This document shows positions 54,010 through 62,635 of a stretch of 64,000 bases of DNA, in pieces. Source of the stretch: a virus (lineage: Duplodnaviria > Caudoviricetes); IMG/VR virus record IMGVR_UViG_2788500234_000002, positions 4,410 through 68,409 of that record. One strand, 5' to 3'. The position numbers and the translations under genes were made by a program. Each line of letters starts with the position of its first letter. Position 1 is the stretch's first letter. Below the pieces are notes generated by a model. The model saw only the letters and a program-made list of their open reading frames with translations, was not told the origin of the DNA and did no database searches.

Positions 54010-57000
54010 ATGGAAAATATAGGTGGAGCATTAGCATTCAAAGCCACTCTTGATATAGATGATTTCAAGGTATCAAGCGAAGCGATGGGGCGTTATATCA
54101 AAAACGCTTCTGATAATGCCGTGCTGGAAGCAAACCGCATGGAGCAATCGTTTCTGACCTTTGCGCAAAACGGAGCGAGATATATTGTTTCCTACCTTGT
54201 TGGGCAAGGAATGATGAGCCTTGTGCAAAGCATAGTGCAAGTGCGTGGGCAGTTCCAGCAACTTGAACTGGCTTTCAATACCATGTTGAGAAGCACTGAA
54301 AAATCACAGGTGCTTATGTCGCAACTGGTAGATACAGCCGCTAAAACTCCGTTTGACCTTACCAGCATAGCGCAAGGAGCAAAACAGATGCTTGCTTTCG
54401 GATCAAATGTGGGAAGCGTGGTAGATGAGATCGTGATGCTTGGTAATGTGGCTTCTGGTGTGAGTGCGCCACTTGGAGATCTTATCTACCTCTATGGAAC
54501 ATTGAGATCGCAAGGCAGGGCATACACGGTGGATATTCGCCAGTTTGCCGGGCGTGGTATTCCTATCTATGAAGAGTTGGGAAAGGTGCTTAACGCAGAC
54601 AGGCAGGAACTGAACAAGCTGGTAACGGAGGGAAAAGTTGGATTCCCGGAAGTTGAAAAGGCATTTAAGAACATGACCAGTGAGGGCGGTATTTACTTCA
54701 ACCTCATGCAAGAGCAAAGTAAGTCGCTTACTGGTATGCTTTCAAACTTGGGCGATGCTTGGGATAGTGCGCTTAACAAGATCGGCAAGGATAATGAAGA
54801 TTTGTTCGCTGGAGCTATTCAGGGTGCTATAGACCTTGTAGAGAATATGGATGAGATTATCCGTATTGTACAGGCTGTTACTATTGCCTATGGAAGCTAC
54901 AAGGCGGCAATAATGCTGAATACACTTGCCACAAAGGGATATACCGGGGTTGCTTTGATAGACAACACGGTTAAACAGGCAAAGATAGCCTTACTGAAAG
55001 CAGAAGCCACCATTACAGGGCAGACAGCGGCACAAATAAAGGCTATGACAGCTGTACAACAAGCCCATGTAGCCGCATTGCAAAAGGAGCTTACAGCGGA
55101 AGAGCAAGCCAATCTGGTAAAGAAACTCCGTATTGCCACCATACAGCAACTTTTGACAGCACAACAGCAGGAATACTTATCCAACCTTAACCTTACCGCC
55201 TCTTCTGCCAATTATGAGGCTGTAGCTACTTCTGTATTGACTGTTGAGCAAAGGGAAGCACTTAGCAAAACCGATCTATCGGCTAAGAGTGCTGTATATC
55301 GTGCGGCTCTGGAGCAAGAAGTGGCAGCAAAAAGGAGTAATATAGTCGCTTCTGTAGAAACTTTGCGGGAAGAAGTAAAATTGGCTGCAAGTCGGGCTGA
55401 ATCTGCCAAGAAAAACTCTATATCAGCGATGCAAGCTACAGAAGCGGCACGGGCTACTTTGCTTGCCGCCAGAGAATCGGGGAAAGCCTCAAAGATAGCT
55501 TCAGCAGAAAAAAGATTAGAAACAGCCCAAACAAAACAACTTACTTTAGCCCAAGAACGTATGGCAGCAGTTGCTGACTTCAACGCTAAAAAGAAGCAGT
55601 TGGAAGCGGCAGCAATCCAGCAATCAAGGTTAGCCTCATCCATAGACACAGCAGCAAAAACAGCACAAGCTACCACTACCAATGTTCTAACATTAGCGAC
55701 TAACAAACTTACAGCCTCATTTAAGGCATTGTGGCTGTCAATGAAAGCAAATCCTATTACATGGGTCGTTTCATTGGTTGGAATGGCTTTCAGTGCGATT
55801 TCTATGCTTTCTTCAAAGACTAAAGAACTGGAGGAAGATACGGTAAGTTTGGCTAATTCAACCAAACGAGCTACAGAGCGATTCAGTGAAGAAGCTGGAA
55901 AAGTTGAGGCTTTGGAGAAAATAATCAGAAATAGCAATGTTGCATACGATGAGCGCAACAGAGCTTTAAATGAACTGAAACAGATTATACCCGGATATAA
56001 TGCAGAATTGACCAAAGAGGGTACTATTATCAATGACAATGCCGATGCAATCCAGCGGTACTTAAGTTTGTTAGAAAAGCAAATAAGGATGAAAGCGGCA
56101 CAAGAGGAACTGGAAGCAGCTTATAGGGAAAAGAGGCTCAAAGAAAAAGAGATCATCCAAAAACAAGCAGCCTATGATGAAGCGAGTGCCAACGTTCCAG
56201 ATGTAGCCTATGGCGATGCTGGAGCACAATATCAGATGTATGCTTTGAGGCAAGCAGGGAAAGCGGAAAGACAACTAAAACAGGCTCAAAAGGAACTCAC
56301 AGACATAAACAAGACTATTGAAGCGTTGAACCAAGAGATCAGCGACTCTTCAGGGGAAATAGACAAATCTTCCGAGAGTGCAAAAACTTATTCAGAGCAG
56401 ATAGCAGACACGAGAACACAAATTGCCACGCTTACAAAAGAGTTGGAAGATTTGCGATCTGGAAAAGTTGTCAAAGACAATTTAGCAGGAGAGATAGATG
56501 CCAAAATAAAAGAACTCAATACGGCAAAAAAGAATCTCGAATTGCTTACTGGTATTACAAGCTCTGGGAATAGCAGTAACAGCGCAAATCAGTTATCACA
56601 GAAAGAACTGGAGGCACAACGTGAATTGGAAGAGGCACGTATCTCTATCATGGAAGATGGCTATGAGAAACGTAAAGCCATTCTGGACTTACAGCACAAA
56701 GAGAATCTGGATCGCATAGACAGAGAGGAAAGAGAACTGGAGAAAGCACGTAAAGCAGCCGGAAAAGGTGGATTGACTGCAACGGAGCAAGAGGGATTCG
56801 ATGAGAGAAGAAGCATTGAGAATACCAGTTATCAGAGAGAGCAAAACAAGCTGTTTGATGGTGAAATAGCTTACAAAAAACAGCAGTATGAGTTGTATTT
56901 CCGCTGGGTGCGTAATCTGGGCGAAGATGTAGCGAACACACAGTTCGCAAACTTGCTGAAAGGCGGTGCTTCATTCAAACAATATCTGGAGAACCAGATA

Positions 57001-59094
57001 GCGGAAATGAACCAGAAGAAAGAAGCCGGGACACTGACAGAGGGCGAGGGAAACCACCTTATTTCCCTGAATATGCAATATGATGAGATCACGGGCGCAA
57101 AGTCCGCAATGGATCTTTTCAAGGAAAGTGTTACGGAAGCAATATCGCAAGCCAGCACACTTGCAGAGAGAGTGCAAGCCATAGCCGATGCCAAAGAAAG
57201 GCTTGCAAGCGGAAGTACAGGGCTTGTTGGTGATGATGAGAAAGCGGAAGCAAGCCTATTCATATCGGAGAAGCAAGCGGAAGCGGATAAAGAAATTCAG
57301 GATAAGATACTGAATAATTACAGAAGTTATGAGGAACAAAAGAAAGATATTCAGGAGGAATACGCTTTATTGCGCTCCGAGGCTCAAAAGACAAACGATC
57401 AGGAACGTATAAAGATGATTAATGAGGCAGAGAATGAAGCACTTTCAACTCTTAATGCCAATTTCCTTAAACAGTCTGATAGTTGGAAATCTTTGTTTGA
57501 AGATCTGGATAACCTTTCTGCCAAAGAGATTGCAAAGCTGTTATCTGATATTGAAACACAACTTGATAATTCTGATTTGAAACTTAGTCCAGTTGACTAT
57601 AAGGCGTTGATTGATAGCCTGAATAAGGCAAGGCAGGAACTTATATCAAAAAACCCTTTTACGGCTTTAGGCGCATACTTCGATGATTATATTAAAGCTA
57701 AAGAAAAGTTGGCAAAAGCAAAAGCAAACTTACTGGCAGGAAAGGGATCTGACAAAGATGTGCAAAATGCAGAAAAAGAAATGAGAGAATCCGCAAAAGG
57801 CGTAACAGAATCAGTTGAAGCAATAACAAGAGCCGCTACAGAATGCGGTAGTTCGCTTGCTTCAATGTTTGAAAGTTTTGGTGCGGATGGATTAGCAGAA
57901 GGTCTTGGGACTGCAACAGAGCTTTTAGGACAACTGGGAAATACAGCGGCAAGTGTTGGCAAGCTGATGAGCGGTGATATTCTTGGCGGTATTACAGGTA
58001 TAGTAAGTTCCGTAACTTCTGTTATCGGTATATTCAATAAGTTACATGATAAGAAGTATGAAAAAAGGATCGAACAATTACAGGATGATATAGATAACTT
58101 AGAGCGTTCTTACAGCCGTTTGGAACGTGCATTCAATAACACATATTGGGTTTTTGATGAGCAACAGAGAGAGGGATATGAAAAAAATATCAATCTAATA
58201 AAAGAACAGATCTCCGCTTTGGAGAAACAACAGGCTGTTGCACTTAGAAGCTGGAACTTCGTAGAATACGCAAAACTTACAGCGCAAATTAAGGAGCTGA
58301 ACGGTGAGCTTCAAAAAGCGGAAGAAAGCGGAGATATGTTTTCTATATACGAGGCTCAAAAAGAAAGTCTTAGGAAACAGCAAGACGATCTTAGAAAACA
58401 GATTCAAGCAGAACGGGACAAAAAAGACACTGACAATAACCGTATAAATGAATGGGAAAATCAAATAGAAGCCATTAACCAACAAATAGAGGATCTGGAT
58501 AAGGCAATGATGGAAACTTTGGCTGGTACAGACGTTCAAAGTGCCATTGATGAATTTGCCGATGCCCTTGTAGATGCTTATTGTCAAGGTGAAGATGCGG
58601 CAAAGGCATTGGGTGAGGTAACGAAAGAAACTCTTAAAAATGCGGTTGTGGAAGCCTTAAAACGCCAGTTCCTTGCTAAAGCCATTAATGATGCCGTGCT
58701 TTATCTTGGTGAAGCCATGCAAGACAATGTGCTATCAGACTATGAGAAGAAGCGGTTTGAGGAAATGGTGAAGCTGGGAGCGGATAAATTCAATATGGCT
58801 TTGGAGAGTGTAGGCGACTGGATAAAGGATCAGACGGAAGAAGAAGAGGAAGCCGATCCTCTTACTGGTGCTGTTACTTCCATGAGCGAGGAAACAGGAG
58901 GTGTGATTGCCGGGCGTTTGAATGCCTTTGTAATCAACCAGAGCGATCAGATAGCGATTATGAGGCAATATCTTATTTATCAAATAGAAATAGCGGAAAA
59001 CACACGTTATTGTAGAAGACTTGATGAAATTGCTGATTCGTTAAAGAGAATAGAAAACAAAGATAATTCATTACTATCACAAGGAATATCGTAA
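54010..59094 (+). CDS. Tape measure protein (1694 aa)
   Basis: Tape-measure domain AAKTPFDL..GAKQMLAFG..DIRQFAGRGIPIYEEL; N- and C-termini homologous to prophage TMP. Confidence 0.92.
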   Translation: MENIGGALAFKATLDIDDFKVSSEAMGRYIKNASDNAVLEANRMEQSFLTFAQNGARYIVSYLVGQGMMSLVQSIVQVRGQFQQLELAFNTMLRSTEKSQVLMSQLVDTAAKTPFDLTSIAQGAKQMLAFGSNVGSVVDEIVMLGNVASGVSAPLGDLIYLYGTLRSQGRAYTVDIRQFAGRGIPIYEELGKVLNADRQELNKLVTEGKVGFPEVEKAFKNMTSEGGIYFNLMQEQSKSLTGMLSNLGDAWDSALNKIGKDNEDLFAGAIQGAIDLVENMDEIIRIVQAVTIAYGSYKAAIMLNTLATKGYTGVALIDNTVKQAKIALLKAEATITGQTAAQIKAMTAVQQAHVAALQKELTAEEQANLVKKLRIATIQQLLTAQQQEYLSNLNLTASSANYEAVATSVLTVEQREALSKTDLSAKSAVYRAALEQEVAAKRSNIVASVETLREEVKLAASRAESAKKNSISAMQATEAARATLLAARESGKASKIASAEKRLETAQTKQLTLAQERMAAVADFNAKKKQLEAAAIQQSRLASSIDTAAKTAQATTTNVLTLATNKLTASFKALWLSMKANPITWVVSLVGMAFSAISMLSSKTKELEEDTVSLANSTKRATERFSEEAGKVEALEKIIRNSNVAYDERNRALNELKQIIPGYNAELTKEGTIINDNADAIQRYLSLLEKQIRMKAAQEELEAAYREKRLKEKEIIQKQAAYDEASANVPDVAYGDAGAQYQMYALRQAGKAERQLKQAQKELTDINKTIEALNQEISDSSGEIDKSSESAKTYSEQIADTRTQIATLTKELEDLRSGKVVKDNLAGEIDAKIKELNTAKKNLELLTGITSSGNSSNSANQLSQKELEAQRELEEARISIMEDGYEKRKAILDLQHKENLDRIDREERELEKARKAAGKGGLTATEQEGFDERRSIENTSYQREQNKLFDGEIAYKKQQYELYFRWVRNLGEDVANTQFANLLKGGASFKQYLENQIAEMNQKKEAGTLTEGEGNHLISLNMQYDEITGAKSAMDLFKESVTEAISQASTLAERVQAIADAKERLASGSTGLVGDDEKAEASLFISEKQAEADKEIQDKILNNYRSYEEQKKDIQEEYALLRSEAQKTNDQERIKMINEAENEALSTLNANFLKQSDSWKSLFEDLDNLSAKEIAKLLSDIETQLDNSDLKLSPVDYKALIDSLNKARQELISKNPFTALGAYFDDYIKAKEKLAKAKANLLAGKGSDKDVQNAEKEMRESAKGVTESVEAITRAATECGSSLASMFESFGADGLAEGLGTATELLGQLGNTAASVGKLMSGDILGGITGIVSSVTSVIGIFNKLHDKKYEKRIEQLQDDIDNLERSYSRLERAFNNTYWVFDEQQREGYEKNINLIKEQISALEKQQAVALRSWNFVEYAKLTAQIKELNGELQKAEESGDMFSIYEAQKESLRKQQDDLRKQIQAERDKKDTDNNRINEWENQIEAINQQIEDLDKAMMETLAGTDVQSAIDEFADALVDAYCQGEDAAKALGEVTKETLKNAVVEALKRQFLAKAINDAVLYLGEAMQDNVLSDYEKKRFEEMVKLGADKFNMALESVGDWIKDQTEEEEEADPLTGAVTSMSEETGGVIAGRLNAFVINQSDQIAIMRQYLIYQIEIAENTRYCRRLDEIADSLKRIENKDNSLLSQGIS

Positions 59095-59095
59095 T

Positions 59096-59605
59096 ATGGA
59101 ACTGGTACACCAAATCAAACAGGATGGAATAGCAAAGGGATTGTGCCGTTTGTGGCAAATGAAGCTCAAACCGGGTTTGGGCGTGGATTCCCTTGCTGAA
59201 TTGTATATACGAGGGATAGACTTCTGTATAAAGAATGATTATCCAACACTGGACTTCCTACGCACAAACTTCAAAGGGAAGTGTGAGGATTACGGTGTGT
59301 ATGTGGATGATGAAGTTGTGGAGAAAAACAGGAAAGATGTAGTGTTGAACGGTGACTGCAAAGCGATGTTGGAGTATGACGGTTTTGCCGTTTCAAACAT
59401 CTATATCCGGCACAACTCCAAAGCCTCTGTGAATGTGGGCGACCATGCTATTGTGACCATTGATATTTTCGATAACTCATACCTTGCTATCGCTGTGGCT
59501 GGGAAGTATGCAAAAGTACTTGTAAATGTTTATGGGAAAGCAGCTGTAGAAATAGCTGGTGGCATAAACATAAAGATTAGATATGTAGGCAAAGATACAT
59601 ATTGA
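59096..59605 (+). CDS. Post-TMP protein, homologue of 34966-35487
   Basis: 169 aa; GLCRLW, GIDFCIKNDYP, FKGKCEDYGVYVDD align with prophage gene. Confidence 0.85.
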   Translation: MELVHQIKQDGIAKGLCRLWQMKLKPGLGVDSLAELYIRGIDFCIKNDYPTLDFLRTNFKGKCEDYGVYVDDEVVEKNRKDVVLNGDCKAMLEYDGFAVSNIYIRHNSKASVNVGDHAIVTIDIFDNSYLAIAVAGKYAKVLVNVYGKAAVEIAGGINIKIRYVGKDTY

Positions 59606-59623
59606 AGTATTAACTGGGTTAAT

Positions 59624-59658
59624 ACAGAAGAGAGGTGATAAAAAAGCCTCTCTTTTGT
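59624..59658 (+). terminator. Intrinsic terminator after TMP operon
   Basis: ACAGAAGAGAGG / CCTCTCTTTTGT stem. Confidence 0.7.
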
Positions 59659-59688
59659 TTGTTATATGTAATAAACACGATATATTTG
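59658..59688 (+). promoter_or_regulatory. Promoter of lipoprotein gene
   Basis: TTTG-N19-TATATTTG. Confidence 0.65.
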
Positions 59689-59738
59689 TATCGTATTAAA
59701 GAAATTATAGCGTTTGCTATTGTTTTTGGGTAAAGAAA

Positions 59739-59828
59739 ATCGCCAATAATTCAACACTCCAAAAAGCAATAAGTGAAACGCCACGTTGTGCGTGGGCGTT
59801 ACTTATGGAGTGTGGGCGTTGTGGCGAT
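59739..59828 (+). other. Long nested RNA hairpin in 5' leader
   Basis: ATCGCCA/TGGCGAT, CACTCC/GGAGTG, ATAAGT/ACTTAT, AACGCC/GGCGTT, CACG/CGTG nested pairs. Confidence 0.6.
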
Positions 59829-59915
59829 GCCTCTTTACCAATGAGTGATCGTCCACGCTATTTTTTAAGGATGGATCTCTCATAAAGAGGAATTTTAATC
59901 TATAATGAATGCGAT

Positions 59916-60506
59916 ATGAGAAAGATCCTATTTACGCTTTGCCTGATAGCTTTGATAACAGGATGCAGCAAAGAAGATGAGCCAGCAGTGCCAACCAATA
60001 CGTCAATAGATGTTAGTGAGTTGGTTTCATTTATCGGGAAAAGTCCCCAATATGTCAAAGACAACTTTAAAGATGGCACTTTGGCAAACGAGGGTGGAAC
60101 ACTGGGTAAGACAGAACTAAGCTATCATTATAAAACGAATGACAATGAATATCGGATCGTTTTCAGTGGTAACACAGAAAATGAAATGACTGATATAACT
60201 GTTATTGGTGACTTTAACACATACGCCAATGGAATAGAAGTCTATAAAAAGGAAATGGACTTAATAAATGAATCCATTGATCATGTAACATATATTGCCC
60301 GATACTATGATAAGATGGCTGGATTGATGGATTTTTCAAGCCGTAACGAGTTCTGGCAATATGTATTAGAAAATGATGTAAGTAGAAGCGTAACGGAAAC
60401 TTGGTGGATAGTGAATGAGGCTACCCAATATTTTACCGTAGATGGTACATACGATAGAGATATTAATAGGATTACCGTGCAGATCGAAAATAAAGTGTAC
60501 GATTGA
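59916..60506 (+). CDS. Lipoprotein of unknown function
   Basis: MRKILFTLCLIALITGC SKEDE signal/lipobox with acidic export-like motif; own promoter and terminator. Confidence 0.8.
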   Translation: MRKILFTLCLIALITGCSKEDEPAVPTNTSIDVSELVSFIGKSPQYVKDNFKDGTLANEGGTLGKTELSYHYKTNDNEYRIVFSGNTENEMTDITVIGDFNTYANGIEVYKKEMDLINESIDHVTYIARYYDKMAGLMDFSSRNEFWQYVLENDVSRSVTETWWIVNEATQYFTVDGTYDRDINRITVQIENKVYD

Positions 60507-60530
60507 TCCGGTATAATAAGTAAGTATATG

Positions 60531-60560
60531 GAAAGCTGCCTATATTGGTGGCTTTTTTTG
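60531..60560 (+). terminator. Intrinsic terminator
   Basis: AAAGCTGCC..GGTGGCTTT stem then T tract. Confidence 0.55.
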
Positions 60561-60618
60561 TTTATGAAAGCCACATGAGACATTCGGGAAGAAGATTGGA
60601 TATATGGATTTCAGCAAG

Positions 60619-60725
60619 TGTGTTTATTGAACACATCAAAGTGTGTTTGGTGAACACATTTTGCTGATTATCAACAAAATAGATTGAATTTTATTTGTTT
60701 GTTCGGATCATAGCATATAACTTTG
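60619..60725 (+). promoter_or_regulatory. Two TGTGTT-N5-AACACA palindromes (60619-60635, 60642-60658) upstream of TTTG-N20-TAACTTTG promoter (60694-60725)
   Basis: Read directly from sequence. Confidence 0.6.
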
Positions 60726-60752
60726 TTCGCAGAAACGATAAGGTTATATGCT

Positions 60753-61037
60753 ATGATTGTAATAGAACTATATGAACTGAAAAATATCTGTATGGAAATG
60801 GCAAGTTTGGGAGCGGCTAATTATGTCAAAATGACCAAACCTGCTGATGATCTCATATCACAGCGTGAGGCGTACAGGGAGTTTCAGGAGTGCCGGGTAA
60901 AGAAGTGGGTACAAAAAGGATTGATCACTACTACCCGTGGGGGTGCTTCCATTCGTTCAAAGGTTCTTTATTCAAGGGCTGACCTTATGGCAGTTGAGAA
61001 AGCGGAAAAACTGAATTGTATAATCAATAAACTGTAG
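60753..61037 (+). CDS. Phage-type winged-helix-like protein
   Basis: LISQREAYREF..RVKKWVQKGLI..SKVLYSRADL pattern; start at MIVIEL. Confidence 0.6.
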   Translation: MIVIELYELKNICMEMASLGAANYVKMTKPADDLISQREAYREFQECRVKKWVQKGLITTTRGGASIRSKVLYSRADLMAVEKAEKLNCIINKL

Positions 61038-61041
61038 TAAT

Positions 61042-61329
61042 ATGGATATGAACAAACAAAATGGCTTTAGCTATGCAAACGAGCCAGCAAACTATCAAGA
61101 GGCACGGGAATCAATTTTAAGCCTTATGCGTAACCTCACCAAAGCGAAAAAGGACATGAAAGCTATATCAGAGTTGGATATAGTGGTGGAACAATTCCAA
61201 GAAAGAGCAAGAGAAATTATTGGAGAATTAAGTCAAGCGGTTTATTCACTGGGTGAAATTTACGGCTATACCCTCTCTGATGATATTTTGGGAAATGTAG
61301 AACTTGTTAATGAAAAATGCCATGCTTAA
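61042..61329 (+). CDS. Hypothetical helical protein
   Basis: 95 aa. Confidence 0.65.
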   Translation: MDMNKQNGFSYANEPANYQEARESILSLMRNLTKAKKDMKAISELDIVVEQFQERAREIIGELSQAVYSLGEIYGYTLSDDILGNVELVNEKCHA

Positions 61330-61564
61330 AAAGTCCACACCACAAAAGATTAGAGCGGATATTGATAATATAGTGAAAATGTGCCTTTCATTACAAAATG
61401 CAATCGGAAATCTTTTAGAGGAAGAAGCCCTTAAAAATATGTATTTTAATGAATTGCATAAACTTGATGATAATGTAATGGGGATATTGAATGATCTACA
61501 TCCGATTATTGGCTACTCTGTTGTTTTAGATGTTGAAAACTCATACAAACATGAATGTGAATAA
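61322..61564 (+). CDS. Hypothetical helical protein
   Basis: 80 aa from MLKKSTP; IIGY motif resembles IYGY of preceding gene. Confidence 0.6.
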   Translation: MLKKSTPQKIRADIDNIVKMCLSLQNAIGNLLEEEALKNMYFNELHKLDDNVMGILNDLHPIIGYSVVLDVENSYKHECE

Positions 61565-62186
61565 CATACCTTTTGGAAGCCAGCAATCCCATTTTACAGG
61601 CAAACCAGATATTTTGCCGGGCGGTTTCACTTTTGATAAAGAACATCAAAAGTTAAGCGTTGGTGATATTGTTTCAGCAGGAACATTGGGGATATGTGAT
61701 GAACTGAATAGAACTATACGGATAATAAAAACCGCAAGAGTTTCAAATATTAGTGAAGATGGGAGAAAAGTAGAGTTGTGTACTTACCCATACAATGATC
61801 CATGCTTTAAGGTTGGGGAAAGGGTGTATAAAGCGGACTGCACAAATGTTGATTTCTCAACAGTTCCAAAGATTGAGAAGATCAAAGAAACAGGCGTTTA
61901 TGTGCTCTATCTATCTTGCCCTATTCCAGACTTGAAAGAGAATGATATTATAGAGCAAATGGTAGAATCTGACGGGATCGCTGTAGAGATAGGGAAAGCG
62001 GACTGCTTAACGATTAGGAATGTTGAACTAACGGATCTTGATGCTGGAGTAGATGTCACACAAAGTACAGGAATATTTTCTGTAAAGGAGAAACTTATCC
62101 CACCTATACCAAATAGCCAGAAAGATCCTACAGGGAAATTCTTAATTGGCAACCCACATATAAAATTAATATCCATTTTAGAGTAA
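61551..62186 (+). CDS. Divergent homologue of prophage head decoration protein
   Basis: DILPGGFTF, GTLGIC..IIKTARV, FKVGERV align with DIPGGVTV, GTPLGV..VCKTAQI, FKVGDRF of 25898-26464. Confidence 0.65.
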   Translation: MNVNNIPFGSQQSHFTGKPDILPGGFTFDKEHQKLSVGDIVSAGTLGICDELNRTIRIIKTARVSNISEDGRKVELCTYPYNDPCFKVGERVYKADCTNVDFSTVPKIEKIKETGVYVLYLSCPIPDLKENDIIEQMVESDGIAVEIGKADCLTIRNVELTDLDAGVDVTQSTGIFSVKEKLIPPIPNSQKDPTGKFLIGNPHIKLISILE

Positions 62187-62376
62187 TTTCTAACTACCCA
62201 ATTTTTATAATTATCAAGTGTGAGAGTGGAGAGCCGGGAGGTTGTGCCACTCTTTTTCATACCAGACATACCAGAACGAGTGAGAAAACAACGGGAAAAC
62301 GACGGAAAAGTATCAATAGAGCCTCTGAAAGTACTATTTGGATGTGTGCTTTTTTGAGGAGCTTTGTATGCGTGTT

Positions 62377-62407
62377 TTTGCTGTTTCAGATGGAAATTCT
62401 ATCTTTG
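62377..62407 (+). promoter_or_regulatory. Promoter near right end of element
   Basis: TTTG-N19-TATCTTTG. Confidence 0.6.
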
Positions 62408-62462
62408 TATCAGAAAAGCCCGCCAAAGGCGATAAATTAGCCGTTTTGTTACTGGAATGTTA

Positions 62463-62494
62463 CCCGCTTTCTTAACAAGCGGGCTTTTTATTTT
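62463..62494 (+). terminator. Intrinsic terminator before right att
   Basis: CCCGCT / AGCGGG stem followed by CTTTTTATTTT. Confidence 0.6.
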
Positions 62495-62635
62495 GTATAT
62501 CAGATATTTACATGAAACTCTGTTTGTTATCGCCAAACGCCCGTTATACGTAAATGACGGCCCGCCTTTCTTTTTCAGAAGATGTTTAATGTATAACGTC
62601 CTAAGGCTGCCGGGGAACAAAAAACTCAAACTTTT

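Larger units (their letters stand above)
47125..62511 (+). mobile_element. 15.4-kb integrative element, candidate phage satellite encoding a tape measure protein
   Basis: TATTTAC direct repeat at 47125-47131 and 62505-62511, TTTGTTACT near both ends (47206, 62445); integrase, HTH, replication, TerS-like, TMP genes; no capsid/portal/TerL/tail tube. Confidence 0.8.

Noticed and set aside
47125-62511. Second complete prophage or conjugative/mobilisable transposon
   Set aside because: No capsid, portal, TerL, tail tube or lysis genes; no relaxase or tra genes recognisable
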